Assembly: GCA_964621195.1 (NCBI GenBank)
Contig: CAZULJ010000002.1
Location: forward strand, 83,665 to 147,664
Reading direction: 5' to 3'
Source of the DNA: an uncultured Candidatus Saccharibacteria bacterium
Lineage (GTDB): Bacteria; Patescibacteriota; Dojkabacteria; SC72
Length of the DNA stretch: 64,000 nucleotides
Below are positions 28,949-39,613 of this stretch, one piece after another. A model generated the notes under the pieces. The model searched no databases. It saw only the letters and a program-made list of their open reading frames with translations, and was not told the DNA's origin. A program made the position numbers and the translations under genes. Each line of letters starts with the position of its first letter. Positions within the stretch are counted from its first letter, which is position 1.

Positions 28949-30388
28949 TTAGAAATTAGGATGAGGATTTTCCCCGCTCAATCTATCCGGAAAGACATCT
29001 TTTCCCAATGTCGGGATCATATTCCAATCTATATCAATGTACCCAACAGGATTAACATGAGTAGAGGAAGATTGTCCCTTTCTTGTCTCAAAGTGCAAAT
29101 GATATCCCAACTTCTGACAATTCCATTTCCCTGTATTACCACTAACACCAAGCAGATCTCCCTTCTTTACTGTACTACCAACCTGTACTTTGTAGTGATC
29201 TAAATGGAAGTAGGTTGTATGCATACCATTGGTATGCTTAACAATTACATAGTTACCACCCTGATTACACTCTCCACCATATTTGTCATATCCTACCTTT
29301 GTAACAGTTCCATCTCCTACAGATATTACCCTGTTTAATCTTGCCCCAAAATCTATACCTTTGTGAGGACACTGATACTTTGTACAACCGTACCACTGTG
29401 TTACACCAATATCTCTGTCAATTGGAAATCCAAAGGGTTTCTTCTCTATACTTTTCTCGGATATCTCAACGGGTATCCTTACCTTTCTTCTTAAATCTAT
29501 CCACTCCTTCCCGTTCAATATTGAAATATATTCGATAAAGGAAAGAGAGACTTGCTCTTCCGAAGGATCTTCTTTTGTAAGAGTTGAAAGAAAGAACTCA
29601 CTCTCTTTGAAACTAAAGTTGTAATTCCTTTGCCATCTCCCACCTATGTATATATTCCCAGTATATACAAGTAATACCTCAGACCTGTACTTCCTTAAGA
29701 GTACTTTCTTGCACTTACCCCAAGTAGAAAAATCTCTCAAAGAAAATTTCTTGCAGGAATATATCGAAATATTAGCATCAATATCTTTTAAATATGTACC
29801 AGAGATCTCTGTTGAGTAATATTTCCCCCAGTTAATATATATCGAGGATGTAACTGAGGTACTCTCTTTGCAATCCCAATTTAATATCTCATATGAAGAG
29901 CCCCTTTTTAATATCGAAATATTGCAGAGATTTTCCTCTGTATCTTGTATACCAAGAACCTCTGTATCCATGCTCTCCCTTTCATTGAATATCTCCTTGG
30001 GCTTTGCGGGTAAAGGGGGGATTTCTTCTTCCAATATCTCCTGCTCTTGGGTGGTCTCCTCTTGTACGGGAGGGATATATTCAGAATCAAAGTAGAAACA
30101 ATCAAGGTTTTTGTATGAATACCCTTCAGTACCAATCTCTCTGTATCTTAACCTTCTACAGTAGAATTTGTTCTGTAATGATTGGGTATATTCATATGTA
30201 TTTGTTGTTGGCCAATGGGATATTTCAATATATCGAAAATCTTGTGTAAAAGAGTATTGAAGCTCGTACTCAATGTTTTCTCCAAGGGAATCCCACTCTG
30301 TCTTTAACGGTAATTGGGAGTATGTTGTGAAGATAGTTGAAAATATTAGTGGTATCATATATACATTGTTACACCCCAAAGTTAACAA
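28949..30388 (-). CDS. M23/LytM-family peptidoglycan endopeptidase with long N-terminal domain
   Basis: C-terminal HKGIDFGA...GNYVIVKHTNGMHTTYFHLDHYKVQVGSTVKKGDLLGVSGNTGKWNCQKLGYHLHFE contains the HxxxD and HxH zinc-ligand motifs of peptidase M23. N-terminal hydrophobic signal (start may be internal MIPLIF...). Confidence 0.8.
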   Translation of the reverse strand: MLTLGCNNVYMIPLIFSTIFTTYSQLPLKTEWDSLGENIEYELQYSFTQDFRYIEISHWPTTNTYEYTQSLQNKFYCRRLRYREIGTEGYSYKNLDCFYFDSEYIPPVQEETTQEQEILEEEIPPLPAKPKEIFNERESMDTEVLGIQDTEENLCNISILKRGSSYEILNWDCKESTSVTSSIYINWGKYYSTEISGTYLKDIDANISIYSCKKFSLRDFSTWGKCKKVLLRKYRSEVLLVYTGNIYIGGRWQRNYNFSFKESEFFLSTLTKEDPSEEQVSLSFIEYISILNGKEWIDLRRKVRIPVEISEKSIEKKPFGFPIDRDIGVTQWYGCTKYQCPHKGIDFGARLNRVISVGDGTVTKVGYDKYGGECNQGGNYVIVKHTNGMHTTYFHLDHYKVQVGSTVKKGDLLGVSGNTGKWNCQKLGYHLHFETRKGQSSSTHVNPVGYIDIDWNMIPTLGKDVFPDRLSGENPHPNF

Positions 30389-30442
30389 ATCTTTACACTT
30401 AAAGGTTTGTACTCATCTTAAATATTGATATAATCGAGAGCT

Positions 30443-33379
30443 ATGCTAAAACTACTAGAAGGTCTGTTTGACTCAAACGAAAAACAATTAAAAAAGATCC
30501 AAGTAACTGTGGATCAAGTAACCGCTTTAGAGGAAGAGATTAGTAAGCTCTCCGATGAAGAGCTACGGAAAAAAACCCAAGAGTTTAGAAATATCCTCAA
30601 TGTTGATTTAGAGAATGCTAGAAAAGAGTTTAATCAATTAGGGAAAGGTGATCTAAAGAGAAGATTAGAGGATGAGAAAAAAGTACTAAGAGAGATATTA
30701 CCGGAAGCTTTTGCAGTAATTCGAGAGGCATCTAAAAGAGTTGCAAATCATAGGCACTTTGATGTTCAGGTTATGGCAGGATATGTACTGTTTGATAACA
30801 AAGTGGCAGAGCTTTTCACTGGTGAAGGAAAAACATTGGCAGCTAATATGCCTCTTTACCTGTATGCACTAACAGGTAGAGGTGCACATTTAGTTACAGT
30901 AAATGATTACTTGGCAAGAAGAGATGCAGAATGGAATGGCCATATCTTAAACAGTTTAGGAATGACTGTAGCAGCAATTAACTCAGGTATCCAGTACAGA
31001 TATATTACTGACGAAGAGGTTATTAAGTTAAAGGGTGATGATGGAAAGAAGTTAATTGAAGAAAGAGAGAAGAAAGCAAAAGAGGCTGGAAGATTAAAGT
31101 ATGATCATATGAGTGGTGTTAATCTAATTGAATGTAGTAAGAGAGAGGCATATGATTGCGATGTAGTATATGGCACCAACAACGAATATGGCTTCGACTA
31201 TCTTAGAGACAATATGGTTTCTAGTTTAGATGAGAGAGTTCAAGGACCTAGATACTTTGCAATTGTAGACGAGGCTGACTCCATTTTGATTGATGAAGCT
31301 CGTACTCCATTAATTATTTCTACTAGTGCCCAAGCTTCCAATGAGATGTACAAGCAGTTTGCCAATATTGTTAACTCTTTACAAAGAGAGAAGCATTACT
31401 CTGTAGATGAGAAATCTAACTCAGTATCTTTAAATGATGAGGGTATTGATGCTGTAGAGAAAGCATTGAAGGTAAAGAACATATATGAGAATGCACAGCT
31501 TGCATATCATTTGGATAATGCATTGAAAGCAAAAGAGCTCTACAAATTGGATGATGAATATATGATTAGGGATGGAGAGGTCTTAATCGTTGATGAGTTT
31601 ACAGGAAGAGCATTACCTGGAAGAAGGTATAGCGAGGGGTTGCATCAAGCTATCGAAGCTAAAGAGGGGGTTGAGGTTAAGAGAGAGAGTAGGACAATGG
31701 CAACCATTACTTTGCAAAACTACTTCAGGTTGTATTCATATCTTTCCGGTATGACAGGTACAGCATTAACAGAGGCAGAAGAGTTCTCCTCTATTTACAA
31801 CCTCGACACTATCGTTGTTCCAACTAACAAGCCTGTTGTAAGAAAGGATTACAATGATGTTGTTTACAGAACAATGATGGGTAAATTCCAAGCTATCGTT
31901 GAAGATATTAAGGAACACAATGAGAAGGGACAACCTGTATTAGTAGGTACTACCTCTGTAGAGAAGTCTGAGGCCATCTCTATGCTCCTTTCCAAAGAAG
32001 GGGTTGCTCATGAGGTATTAAATGCCAAACATCACGAGAGAGAGGCTAAGATCGTCTCAGAAGCGGGTCAAAAAGGTGCAGTTACAATTGCAACTAATAT
32101 GGCAGGTAGGGGGACAGACATTGCTCTAGGAGAAGGGGTAAAAGAACTTGGAGGCTTGTATATCATTGGATCTGAAAGGCATGAATCAAGAAGAATCGAC
32201 AATCAGTTGAGAGGAAGAGCCGGAAGGCAGGGTGACCCCGGAGAATCTAGGTTCTATGTATCATTCGAAGATGATCTAATGAGACTCTTTGGTGGTGACA
32301 GAATGAAAATGATTATGACCCAAGCCGGTTTAGATGATGATATGCCAATATCTATTGGTATATTGGGTAGAACGATAGAGAATGCTCAAAAGAAAGTGGA
32401 ATCTCACAACTATGATATTCGTAAGAGACTTGTTGAATATGACGATGTCCTAAATCAACAAAGGAATATCATATATGATCTAAGATCGAAAATACTTGAG
32501 ATATCACAAGATCTTAAAACAGTTTCGGAGATATCTCTTAAAGATGATCTCAAATATATTTTAGATTTGGATATTGAAAAATTACAAGATGACCTAGATG
32601 GTTTTGGTTTAACAAGAAGAGACTCATGGGGAATTGAGCTCTTAGAGGGTTTGAAGTTTAAACTTAATCCTTTAGATATATCAATATTAAAGAAGCTTCT
32701 GGATCATACCGATATGCTTGTTGAATCTCAATTAGAGGATGATATGCGTATCGACAATATTGAGGAGAGAAACTTGTATATACAGATAAAGAATTTGCTT
32801 ACAGAGGAGCTTTTTGAAAGAAGTGTAAAAGATCTCTTATTTAAAAACAGTATTGAATACTTTAGATCTCTGGAGGGAAGTAGCTCTGCAGATATATCAA
32901 GAGAATTAAAAAAATTAATACTTGTTGGATACATAGAGCATATATATGCAATTGGGGCAGAACCTATGAGAGAGCTCTCAAAAGTATTAATACTTCAGGG
33001 TATCGATAGATTCTGGATGGAGCATTTAGACAATATGCAGGATCTTAGAGAAGGTATATCTTTGCGTAATTTAGCTCAGAGAGATCCTTTGGTTGAATAC
33101 AAAAATGAAGGATTTAGACTTTTTGATACGATGCTTGCAAGCATAGATGAAAATACTGTAACAAGATTCTTTAAGGTAAGGGTAGTAAGAAATTCTTCTC
33201 CACTTACTGCACCAATGCAAACAGAAAAAGAGGAAGCAAAGAGTATCTCTGACTCAAGACCTGGGAATGTCAGTAAGCAACAAACTGTTAAGAAAGGGTC
33301 TAAAGTAGGGAGGAATGATCCATGTCCATGTGGTAGTGGAAAGAAGTACAAGAAGTGCTGTTATCCCAAATTTGAATAG
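30443..33379 (+). CDS. secA: preprotein translocase ATPase SecA
   Basis: 978 aa. Walker A FTGEGKTLAA, DEAD-like VDEADSILIDEARTPLIIS, GRQGDPGESRFYVSFEDDLMRLFG, C-terminal zinc finger CPCGSGKKYKKCC. Confidence 0.95.
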   Translation: MLKLLEGLFDSNEKQLKKIQVTVDQVTALEEEISKLSDEELRKKTQEFRNILNVDLENARKEFNQLGKGDLKRRLEDEKKVLREILPEAFAVIREASKRVANHRHFDVQVMAGYVLFDNKVAELFTGEGKTLAANMPLYLYALTGRGAHLVTVNDYLARRDAEWNGHILNSLGMTVAAINSGIQYRYITDEEVIKLKGDDGKKLIEEREKKAKEAGRLKYDHMSGVNLIECSKREAYDCDVVYGTNNEYGFDYLRDNMVSSLDERVQGPRYFAIVDEADSILIDEARTPLIISTSAQASNEMYKQFANIVNSLQREKHYSVDEKSNSVSLNDEGIDAVEKALKVKNIYENAQLAYHLDNALKAKELYKLDDEYMIRDGEVLIVDEFTGRALPGRRYSEGLHQAIEAKEGVEVKRESRTMATITLQNYFRLYSYLSGMTGTALTEAEEFSSIYNLDTIVVPTNKPVVRKDYNDVVYRTMMGKFQAIVEDIKEHNEKGQPVLVGTTSVEKSEAISMLLSKEGVAHEVLNAKHHEREAKIVSEAGQKGAVTIATNMAGRGTDIALGEGVKELGGLYIIGSERHESRRIDNQLRGRAGRQGDPGESRFYVSFEDDLMRLFGGDRMKMIMTQAGLDDDMPISIGILGRTIENAQKKVESHNYDIRKRLVEYDDVLNQQRNIIYDLRSKILEISQDLKTVSEISLKDDLKYILDLDIEKLQDDLDGFGLTRRDSWGIELLEGLKFKLNPLDISILKKLLDHTDMLVESQLEDDMRIDNIEERNLYIQIKNLLTEELFERSVKDLLFKNSIEYFRSLEGSSSADISRELKKLILVGYIEHIYAIGAEPMRELSKVLILQGIDRFWMEHLDNMQDLREGISLRNLAQRDPLVEYKNEGFRLFDTMLASIDENTVTRFFKVRVVRNSSPLTAPMQTEKEEAKSISDSRPGNVSKQQTVKKGSKVGRNDPCPCGSGKKYKKCCYPKFE

Positions 33380-33396
33380 CTATTATTATGGGTTTC

Positions 33397-33423
33397 TTGA
33401 CCTATCTCTCTTAATTGTAATAT
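33397..33423 (+). promoter_or_regulatory. possible sigma70-like promoter downstream of secA (TTGACC-15 bp-TAATAT)
   Basis: TTGACC at 33397-33402 and TAATAT at 33418-33423 upstream of the 33456 gene; spacer only 15 nt, so weak call. Confidence 0.2.
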
Positions 33424-33455
33424 CCTAGATTACTGTAATCAGTTAAAGTTGAATT

Positions 33456-33953
33456 ATGTCAAAACTAGAAAATACAAAGAAGGTTGTTACTCAGAGGCAA
33501 AGTGTACATGTTGTTTTCTTCTCGTGTCCTGACTGTGGTGAAGAGACTGAACATATTCATTTCTGTCCAGATTGTTCCAAACCTATGCGCGTGATAGATG
33601 TTGTCGAGAAATTTGGTAAAGAAGCTGATGAATTTCTTAAAAAGATTCAAGAAAAAGTAGAGAATGGTAAATTAAAAAAGGATGACTTAGTTACTGTTGC
33701 TGATGAGGATGAACAACCAAATGTAATCGTACTAGCTGATGAAGACTCCTTGGATGATGGTGCTGTTGTTGATGATGGTGTTGATACCTTAAGTGACATC
33801 TTCCCTGATGATGAAGATGAAGAAAAGGTTACCTCTTCTGTCCCAGAGGCGCTGACAGATCTTGATGATATTGTCGCAGAATTAGATAAGGAAGAGGATG
33901 ACGAGTTCCCATTGGTTGATGATCTTGGGGACGAAGGTCTTCCAGAGCTTTAA
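33456..33953 (+). CDS. zinc-ribbon protein with highly acidic C-terminal tail
   Basis: 165 aa. CPDCGEETEHIHFCPDCSKPM (C-x2-C ... C-x2-C zinc ribbon) followed by about 80 aa that are more than 40% Asp/Glu (ADEDEQPNVIVLADEDSLDDGAVVDDGVD...). Confidence 0.5.
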   Translation: MSKLENTKKVVTQRQSVHVVFFSCPDCGEETEHIHFCPDCSKPMRVIDVVEKFGKEADEFLKKIQEKVENGKLKKDDLVTVADEDEQPNVIVLADEDSLDDGAVVDDGVDTLSDIFPDDEDEEKVTSSVPEALTDLDDIVAELDKEEDDEFPLVDDLGDEGLPEL

Positions 33954-35101
33954 TGCAGGAAAAAAATTTCAAAAAGATTGCCGTTATCGCTGATCAAATG
34001 ACTTCCTTTGGAGGAGCTGATAGAGAGATGTTCTCTATGCTAAAGCTGTTTCCCAACGCTGATATATATACCATAGCTTTTAACCAAGATGCATATGGTA
34101 ATATTCCTCAGAAGGTATATACAAGCTTTGTACAAAGAATTCCTAAACCTAAGAGTTTCTACAGGCATTTAAAGATCCTCTCTCCATTTGCATACGAGAG
34201 CTTTAACTTAGAAGGGTATGATCTTGTAATTAGTATATCTGCAGGTCCTGCAAGAGGAGTGATTACAGGTATATATCAACCTCATGTCGCAATGGTAATG
34301 ACACCACCTAGAAGTCTTTGGGATCATGAGTTGAATGTACGATCTTCAAAATTAAAGAATATCTACAAACCAATCTCTACTTTTCTTAATACATACATGC
34401 GTATATGGGATTACTCAATATCAAAAAGAGTAGATTACTGGACTGCAAATTCAGAATATATCGCAAGAAAGATTAAAAAGAGATATGGAGTAAACGCTAC
34501 TGTAATATATCCAGGAATATCTAAAGAGTGTTTTGAGAATATATCTCAGGAGAGAAAAGATTTAGTAAAGAAAAAATATGACATAGAAGGGGAGTTTGTA
34601 TTAGTGGTTTCAAGATTGTATGACTACAAAAGAATAGATTGGGCAATTAGAGCATGCATATCTTCAGGTAAACAGCTAGTTATAGTTGGTGATGGTCCTG
34701 ATCTTAAATATCTCAAAGATGTTGCGAAAGGTAATTCCCTTGTAAAATTCCTTGGATTTGTTAAAGATGATTCTGAAGTTAGAGTCCTTTTTAATATCTC
34801 TGAAGTATTACTTTTCTGTGGTATCGAAGACTTTGGTTTAGTACCGGTAGAAGCTATGGCTCAGGGAACTCCCGTTTTTGCATATTCAGAGGGTGGTGTT
34901 CTTGAAACTGTTAAGGAGGGTATATGCGGAGAGTTTTTTAAGAATGAAGAGGAATTGTTAGAATTACTTAAGAAATTTGAGAAGAGGGGGTATAATCCTA
35001 GAGAGATTGTTAAAAGGGCAAAAGATTTTACTGAAGAAAAGTTCTTAGATAACCTGGAAAGATATTTATCAAAAGTATATGACACAGAAAGAAAAAAGTA
35101 G
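33953..35101 (+). CDS. GT4 family glycosyltransferase
   Basis: 382 aa. EDFGLVPVEAMAQGTPVFAYSEGG GT4 C-domain motif. Tandem paralog of the next gene. Confidence 0.8.
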   Translation: MQEKNFKKIAVIADQMTSFGGADREMFSMLKLFPNADIYTIAFNQDAYGNIPQKVYTSFVQRIPKPKSFYRHLKILSPFAYESFNLEGYDLVISISAGPARGVITGIYQPHVAMVMTPPRSLWDHELNVRSSKLKNIYKPISTFLNTYMRIWDYSISKRVDYWTANSEYIARKIKKRYGVNATVIYPGISKECFENISQERKDLVKKKYDIEGEFVLVVSRLYDYKRIDWAIRACISSGKQLVIVGDGPDLKYLKDVAKGNSLVKFLGFVKDDSEVRVLFNISEVLLFCGIEDFGLVPVEAMAQGTPVFAYSEGGVLETVKEGICGEFFKNEEELLELLKKFEKRGYNPREIVKRAKDFTEEKFLDNLERYLSKVYDTERKK

Positions 35102-36251
35102 CACATACAAAATAGCGATTGTTTCAGATCCATTGTACAAATATGGAGGAGCAGAAAAACAGTTGGGAGATATGATAAAAGCATTCCCTAACTCTACCCT
35201 GTATACAGCATTCTGTGATAGAGATTTTGTAAAGAAGACATTCCCAAATATTGAAGTTAAAACATCCTTTATGCAATATATTCCTGGTAAGTTTAAATTC
35301 CGATACTTTTTACAATTAATCCAACCCCTTGCATACAGATCATTTAACTTTAAAGGATATGATGCAATACTTTCACTCTCCATCGCATTCGCGAAATTCT
35401 CGAAGGGAAATATCCCACATATTAATATCTGTATGTCACCTACAAAGTTTTTCTGGGAGAAAGAGGGAAGATCTCTAAAAGATCATCAACAGTTAAAGGG
35501 TATAAACAGGTTACTGTTTAGATTCTATGCATTCTTCATGAATACCTTTTTAGAAGATATTTGGAAAGGTTGGGATAGGGGGGCAGCTCAAAGAATTGAT
35601 AGGATGATAGCGATATCAAATGTAGTACAGAAAAGAATCAAAAAATACTATGAAAGAGATAGCGATGTCATATATCCTCCAGTAGAAGTTAAAGCAATAG
35701 GTGAGATTACTAAAGTAAACAGAAAAGAGAATTGGTTTCTGTATTTAGGTCGTGTAGAAACATACAAAGGTGTTGAGTTAGCGATAAGAGCGGCTCACGA
35801 GGCAAAGGTGCCTCTTAAGATTGCAGGTACAGGAGATGATCTTGAGAGAATGAAAGAGCTTGTTAAAGATCTAAATGCGAAGGGTTATGTAAAATTTTTA
35901 GGTTTTGTTTCAGAAGAAGAGAAATTAGAACTACTATCCAAAGCAAAAGCCTTAATATTTCCTGTTCAAGGAGAAGATTTCGGTATTGTACCTGTAGAAG
36001 CAAATGCAGCTGGTACCCCAGTGATTGCATACAGAGAGGGTGGGGTGACCGAAACTATTTCAGATATTAACCCAAAGAGTGGAGAGTTTTTTACTAAATA
36101 TGATTACAAATCTCTTGCAAAGATTCTTAAAAAATTTGATGGAAGACAGTACAAGAGTGATAACTGTAGAAAGCAGGCTAGTAACTTTGCTGTAGAGATA
36201 TTCATTTACAAACTACAAAGGTATGTAGAAGATGCTATACAGAATAGTTAA
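35079..36251 (+). CDS. GT4 family glycosyltransferase (tandem paralog)
   Basis: 390 aa. EDFGIVPVEANAAGTPVIAYREGG; N-terminal region co-linear with the preceding GT4. Confidence 0.8.
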   Translation: MTQKEKSSTYKIAIVSDPLYKYGGAEKQLGDMIKAFPNSTLYTAFCDRDFVKKTFPNIEVKTSFMQYIPGKFKFRYFLQLIQPLAYRSFNFKGYDAILSLSIAFAKFSKGNIPHINICMSPTKFFWEKEGRSLKDHQQLKGINRLLFRFYAFFMNTFLEDIWKGWDRGAAQRIDRMIAISNVVQKRIKKYYERDSDVIYPPVEVKAIGEITKVNRKENWFLYLGRVETYKGVELAIRAAHEAKVPLKIAGTGDDLERMKELVKDLNAKGYVKFLGFVSEEEKLELLSKAKALIFPVQGEDFGIVPVEANAAGTPVIAYREGGVTETISDINPKSGEFFTKYDYKSLAKILKKFDGRQYKSDNCRKQASNFAVEIFIYKLQRYVEDAIQNS

Positions 36252-36870
36252 GAGAACAATAGACCTATTCCTCTCAATTATTCTTTGGATATTAACTTCC
36301 CCATTGATGTTAGTAATTGCACTTGCAATTAAACTCTCTGATGGCGGTGAAGTATTTGTTGGTACTCCAGTAAGATATGGAAGAGAGGGTAAGTCTTTCT
36401 TTATGTACAAATTCCGCACAATGATACCCAATGCTCATGAGTTAGCTATGAAAGATAGTAAGGTAAAAGGTGAGCTTTTAGGAAATCATAAATTAGAAAA
36501 GGATCTACGCGTTACAAGGGTAGGTAGGATCTTAAGAAATACAGACCTAGATGAATTACCACAGTTGATTAACATTGTACTTGGACAAATGAGTATGGTA
36601 GGTCCACGTCCCTTCTACACTGAAGAGATTGAGGAGCATCTGAGTAAGTATCCTAAAGATAGTAAATATTTCAAGGAGATATTTTCTGTAAAGCCTGGAT
36701 TAACAGGAATGTGGCAGATATCAGGAAGAAACGAAATACCATTTAGAGATCGATTGGTTATAGATACTGAATATGCAAAGCACCCCTCATTGTTAACAGA
36801 TCTATATATACTTTTTAAAACACCCTGGGTTGTTCTTTCAAGGAAAGGAGTAAAGGGTAGAGATGTCTAA
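36232..36870 (+). CDS. polyprenyl-phosphate sugar-1-phosphate transferase (bacterial sugar transferase family, WbaP/WcaJ C-terminal-domain type; initiating phosphoglycosyltransferase)
   Basis: 212 aa. N-terminal TM helix, KFRTM, RVTRVGRILRNTDLDELPQLINIVLGQMSMVGPRP motifs of the PF02397 family. Confidence 0.85.
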   Translation: MLYRIVKRTIDLFLSIILWILTSPLMLVIALAIKLSDGGEVFVGTPVRYGREGKSFFMYKFRTMIPNAHELAMKDSKVKGELLGNHKLEKDLRVTRVGRILRNTDLDELPQLINIVLGQMSMVGPRPFYTEEIEEHLSKYPKDSKYFKEIFSVKPGLTGMWQISGRNEIPFRDRLVIDTEYAKHPSLLTDLYILFKTPWVVLSRKGVKGRDV

Positions 36871-37480
36871 AGATATTGTGATAGTTATAAAATCGGTAAA
36901 TTACTCTGAAGCAGACAAGATTCTTACTGTATTTGGCAAAGGACTTGGTAAGTTCACTCTCTTTGCAAAGAGTATTAGGAAGATAAATAGTAAGAACAGG
37001 GGTAATATGCAAACTCTTTGTATAAGTGAAGTATCCTTCTATGAAGGTAAGGGATTGCCTGTATTAACAGAATCTCAGCTTACACTCTCTCCTAATACTG
37101 ATGTGCTAAAAAATAGGGTAGAGAATCTTAATAGGGTCTTAGTTATGCTAAACAAAATCCTTGCTGAGTATGATCCTAATGAGAGGGTTTTTGATATGAT
37201 GCAGAGTGTCTTGAAAAAGGATTTTAATACAGAATCCGTTAATCGTTTTAGAGTTCTCTTTTTAAAAGAGATGGGTTTTCTTCAAGATTTTACTTTGTGT
37301 AATATCTGTGGAAGTGATAAAGATCTTGAATATATGGATGTTTCTAACTTTGCTCTTCTGTGTAAAAACTGTTACAGTAAAGTTGGAAAGTATTACAAAC
37401 TAGGTAAAAATCCGTATACAGAAAAATTCTTTACACAGGCCTTAGATATATATGTTAAGAGAGTAATTGAAGAGATATAG
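36863..37480 (+). CDS. recO: DNA repair protein RecO
   Basis: 205 aa. N-terminal OB-fold-like region (VIVIKSVNYSEADKILTVF) and C-terminal zinc finger C-x2-C...C-x2-C (CNICGSDKD...CKNCYS) as in RecO. Confidence 0.65.
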   Translation: MSKDIVIVIKSVNYSEADKILTVFGKGLGKFTLFAKSIRKINSKNRGNMQTLCISEVSFYEGKGLPVLTESQLTLSPNTDVLKNRVENLNRVLVMLNKILAEYDPNERVFDMMQSVLKKDFNTESVNRFRVLFLKEMGFLQDFTLCNICGSDKDLEYMDVSNFALLCKNCYSKVGKYYKLGKNPYTEKFFTQALDIYVKRVIEEI

Positions 37481-37482
37481 CC

Positions 37483-39558
37483 ATGAAATATACTGCTGCC
37501 CTAAAATACATATTTCTCTTTCTTTTCACCCTTTTACTTGCACCAAATGTCTACTCACAAGGTTCATTTGAATCAATGCAGGAGGATGTAACTGTTGAGG
37601 CGAATATTACAGTTGATTTTTACTCTACAGTCAATGTTAATCCAATAACGGTAGAAATATATCAACCAAGTAATGTTGAGATAAGGGTACTATCACCTAG
37701 CGGATTGGGTATTCCTGGAAGGCAGATTGTAATACTTGCTCCTGGTTTAACGGTTACTCAACCTATTACCCTTACAAATGCGACTGGTAGAACGAACGGT
37801 TCTGTATATTCTGCTACCCCTGGTACATATACAGTGTGCGCAAAGGATACTACCTTTGGATATGATATTACGATTCAAAACTGTAGAACCTTGTATGTTG
37901 TGCCTGTCCCAATACCAAATATGTTACCGGAGCCTCAGTACACAAAGGGTTTGAGTAATATTGTTCTTTGGAGTAGCTTGGGTGCAAATTACACATACAA
38001 TGTTCAAGCGAGCGAATATTCCGATTTTAGTTCAGTATTAAGTGAATCTGGATATACCACAAACACATCCCATGAGTTTACTGGTTTAGAGGATGCCAAG
38101 ATGTATTTCTACAGAGTTCGTGCTCAAAATCAGTATGGTGGAACAGGTGCATGGTCTAATATCGTTTACAGCGTTCAGGACAATCAACCCCCAGTTATTG
38201 AAGTCCTAGATATTGGAGATGTAGGTCAAAATGATACTGTGAATTGGAGCAGTACTCATGTTGTTACAATGCTTTTTAGAGTTAGTGATAACCTTCAATT
38301 GGCGAGTACACAATTCTTCTGTCTTAATACTGGAGATAACCTAGTTGCATGTACAGATGATTACTCCTTCGAGGGGGATATTTTTACTGTTAATGTTAGA
38401 CTTGGTGATTTGGAGAGAATATCGGGTGTTTACCTTAAAGAGAGGTATGGGTTTTGTGTAGAGGCTAGTGATACAGCAACAAATATTACACGAGTATGTG
38501 ATATTTACCTTGATATTCCTAAAGGAGAGTATCCAGTAGAACCAGAGAACCCTCCAATTATTGATAGGATCGAGAAGGGTTTAGAGGATTTAGATGTAAT
38601 ACTTGATGATACAATTGGTCAATTGGATCCTAAGGATTTAGATCGTGTTACTACAACTACCTCTGTTGTGACTGCAACTTCTGCAATAGCTATCGCTGCT
38701 GGAGGTCTTGGTAGTTTGCCTTACTTCCTTCTTCAACTCTTCCTTAATCTTCTATCTTTACTTGGTTTTAGAAAGGGTGCTAAACCTGTGGGTTTTGTAT
38801 ATGATTCTGTTACAAAAGATCCAATATCACAAGCTATCGTTAGAATCTTTGATATGAACAATCGTATTGTATGGTCTGATGTAACAGATAGTAGGGGGTA
38901 TTTCAGTGCTAGATTAAAAGATGGTAGATACAGAATTTTAGTAAGGGCTCCTAGATATGCATTCCCTTCTAATGTTGTTTTTGGAAAAGAGGACTATCCT
39001 TTAACTAATGTATATCATGGTGAAGAGTTCGATATTACTTCCAATGTAGAAGCGAACTATGCAGTACCTATGGATCCTCTTGAAGTTTCGAAACTTCGTC
39101 TTTCATTGGAAACTTTCTGGGCTAGAATTAAATTCCTTGTTAATATGCTTCTCATAGTTTTATTCCTTTTAGGTTTGATATTTGCCTTCTATTCCTATTA
39201 CAACAATCCGTCCTTGTTCTCATTAATCGTATTACTCCTCTTTGTACCAACATTCTTCTTTATACTTAGAAACATATTAAGTAAAGTAGATGATTACGGT
39301 ATCGTAAGAAACAAAGAAGGTGAAAGACTTGAAGGAGTAGTTATTGGATTGAGAGAATCAGAGTTTGACAAGATAGTGGCGAAAAGGGTTACGGATATTA
39401 GGGGTAGGTATAGATTCTTTGTAGGTGAGGGTAGATACTATATTGAAATTTTAGATACTGGATACAGGGTTGAGGATATTGAAGATGGTGATGAGGTGTA
39501 TCTTAAGAAGGAGAGTTTGATTCAAAGGGATATAGTATTAACAAGGATAAAGAAGTGA
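37483..39558 (+). CDS. secreted cell-surface protein: signal peptide, Fn3-like domain(s), C-terminal membrane-anchor module shared with the 2286-aa protein
   Basis: 691 aa. Signal peptide MKYTAALKYIFLFLFTLLLAPNVYSQG; Fn3-like segment YTYNVQASEYSDFS...MYFYRVRAQNQYGGTGAWSN; Thr-rich linker, TM helix, LGFRKGAKPVGFVYDSVTKDPISQAIVRIFD (transthyretin/CarboxypepD_reg-like beta-sandwich), two further TM helices, second beta-sandwich with DKIVAKRVTDIRGRYRF. Confidence 0.6.
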   Translation: MKYTAALKYIFLFLFTLLLAPNVYSQGSFESMQEDVTVEANITVDFYSTVNVNPITVEIYQPSNVEIRVLSPSGLGIPGRQIVILAPGLTVTQPITLTNATGRTNGSVYSATPGTYTVCAKDTTFGYDITIQNCRTLYVVPVPIPNMLPEPQYTKGLSNIVLWSSLGANYTYNVQASEYSDFSSVLSESGYTTNTSHEFTGLEDAKMYFYRVRAQNQYGGTGAWSNIVYSVQDNQPPVIEVLDIGDVGQNDTVNWSSTHVVTMLFRVSDNLQLASTQFFCLNTGDNLVACTDDYSFEGDIFTVNVRLGDLERISGVYLKERYGFCVEASDTATNITRVCDIYLDIPKGEYPVEPENPPIIDRIEKGLEDLDVILDDTIGQLDPKDLDRVTTTTSVVTATSAIAIAAGGLGSLPYFLLQLFLNLLSLLGFRKGAKPVGFVYDSVTKDPISQAIVRIFDMNNRIVWSDVTDSRGYFSARLKDGRYRILVRAPRYAFPSNVVFGKEDYPLTNVYHGEEFDITSNVEANYAVPMDPLEVSKLRLSLETFWARIKFLVNMLLIVLFLLGLIFAFYSYYNNPSLFSLIVLLLFVPTFFFILRNILSKVDDYGIVRNKEGERLEGVVIGLRESEFDKIVAKRVTDIRGRYRFFVGEGRYYIEILDTGYRVEDIEDGDEVYLKKESLIQRDIVLTRIKK

Positions 39559-39613
39559 TTTGTATTGAAAAATCTTTAATCTACTGGTATTATTCTTTGT
39601 TTATATCTGAACT

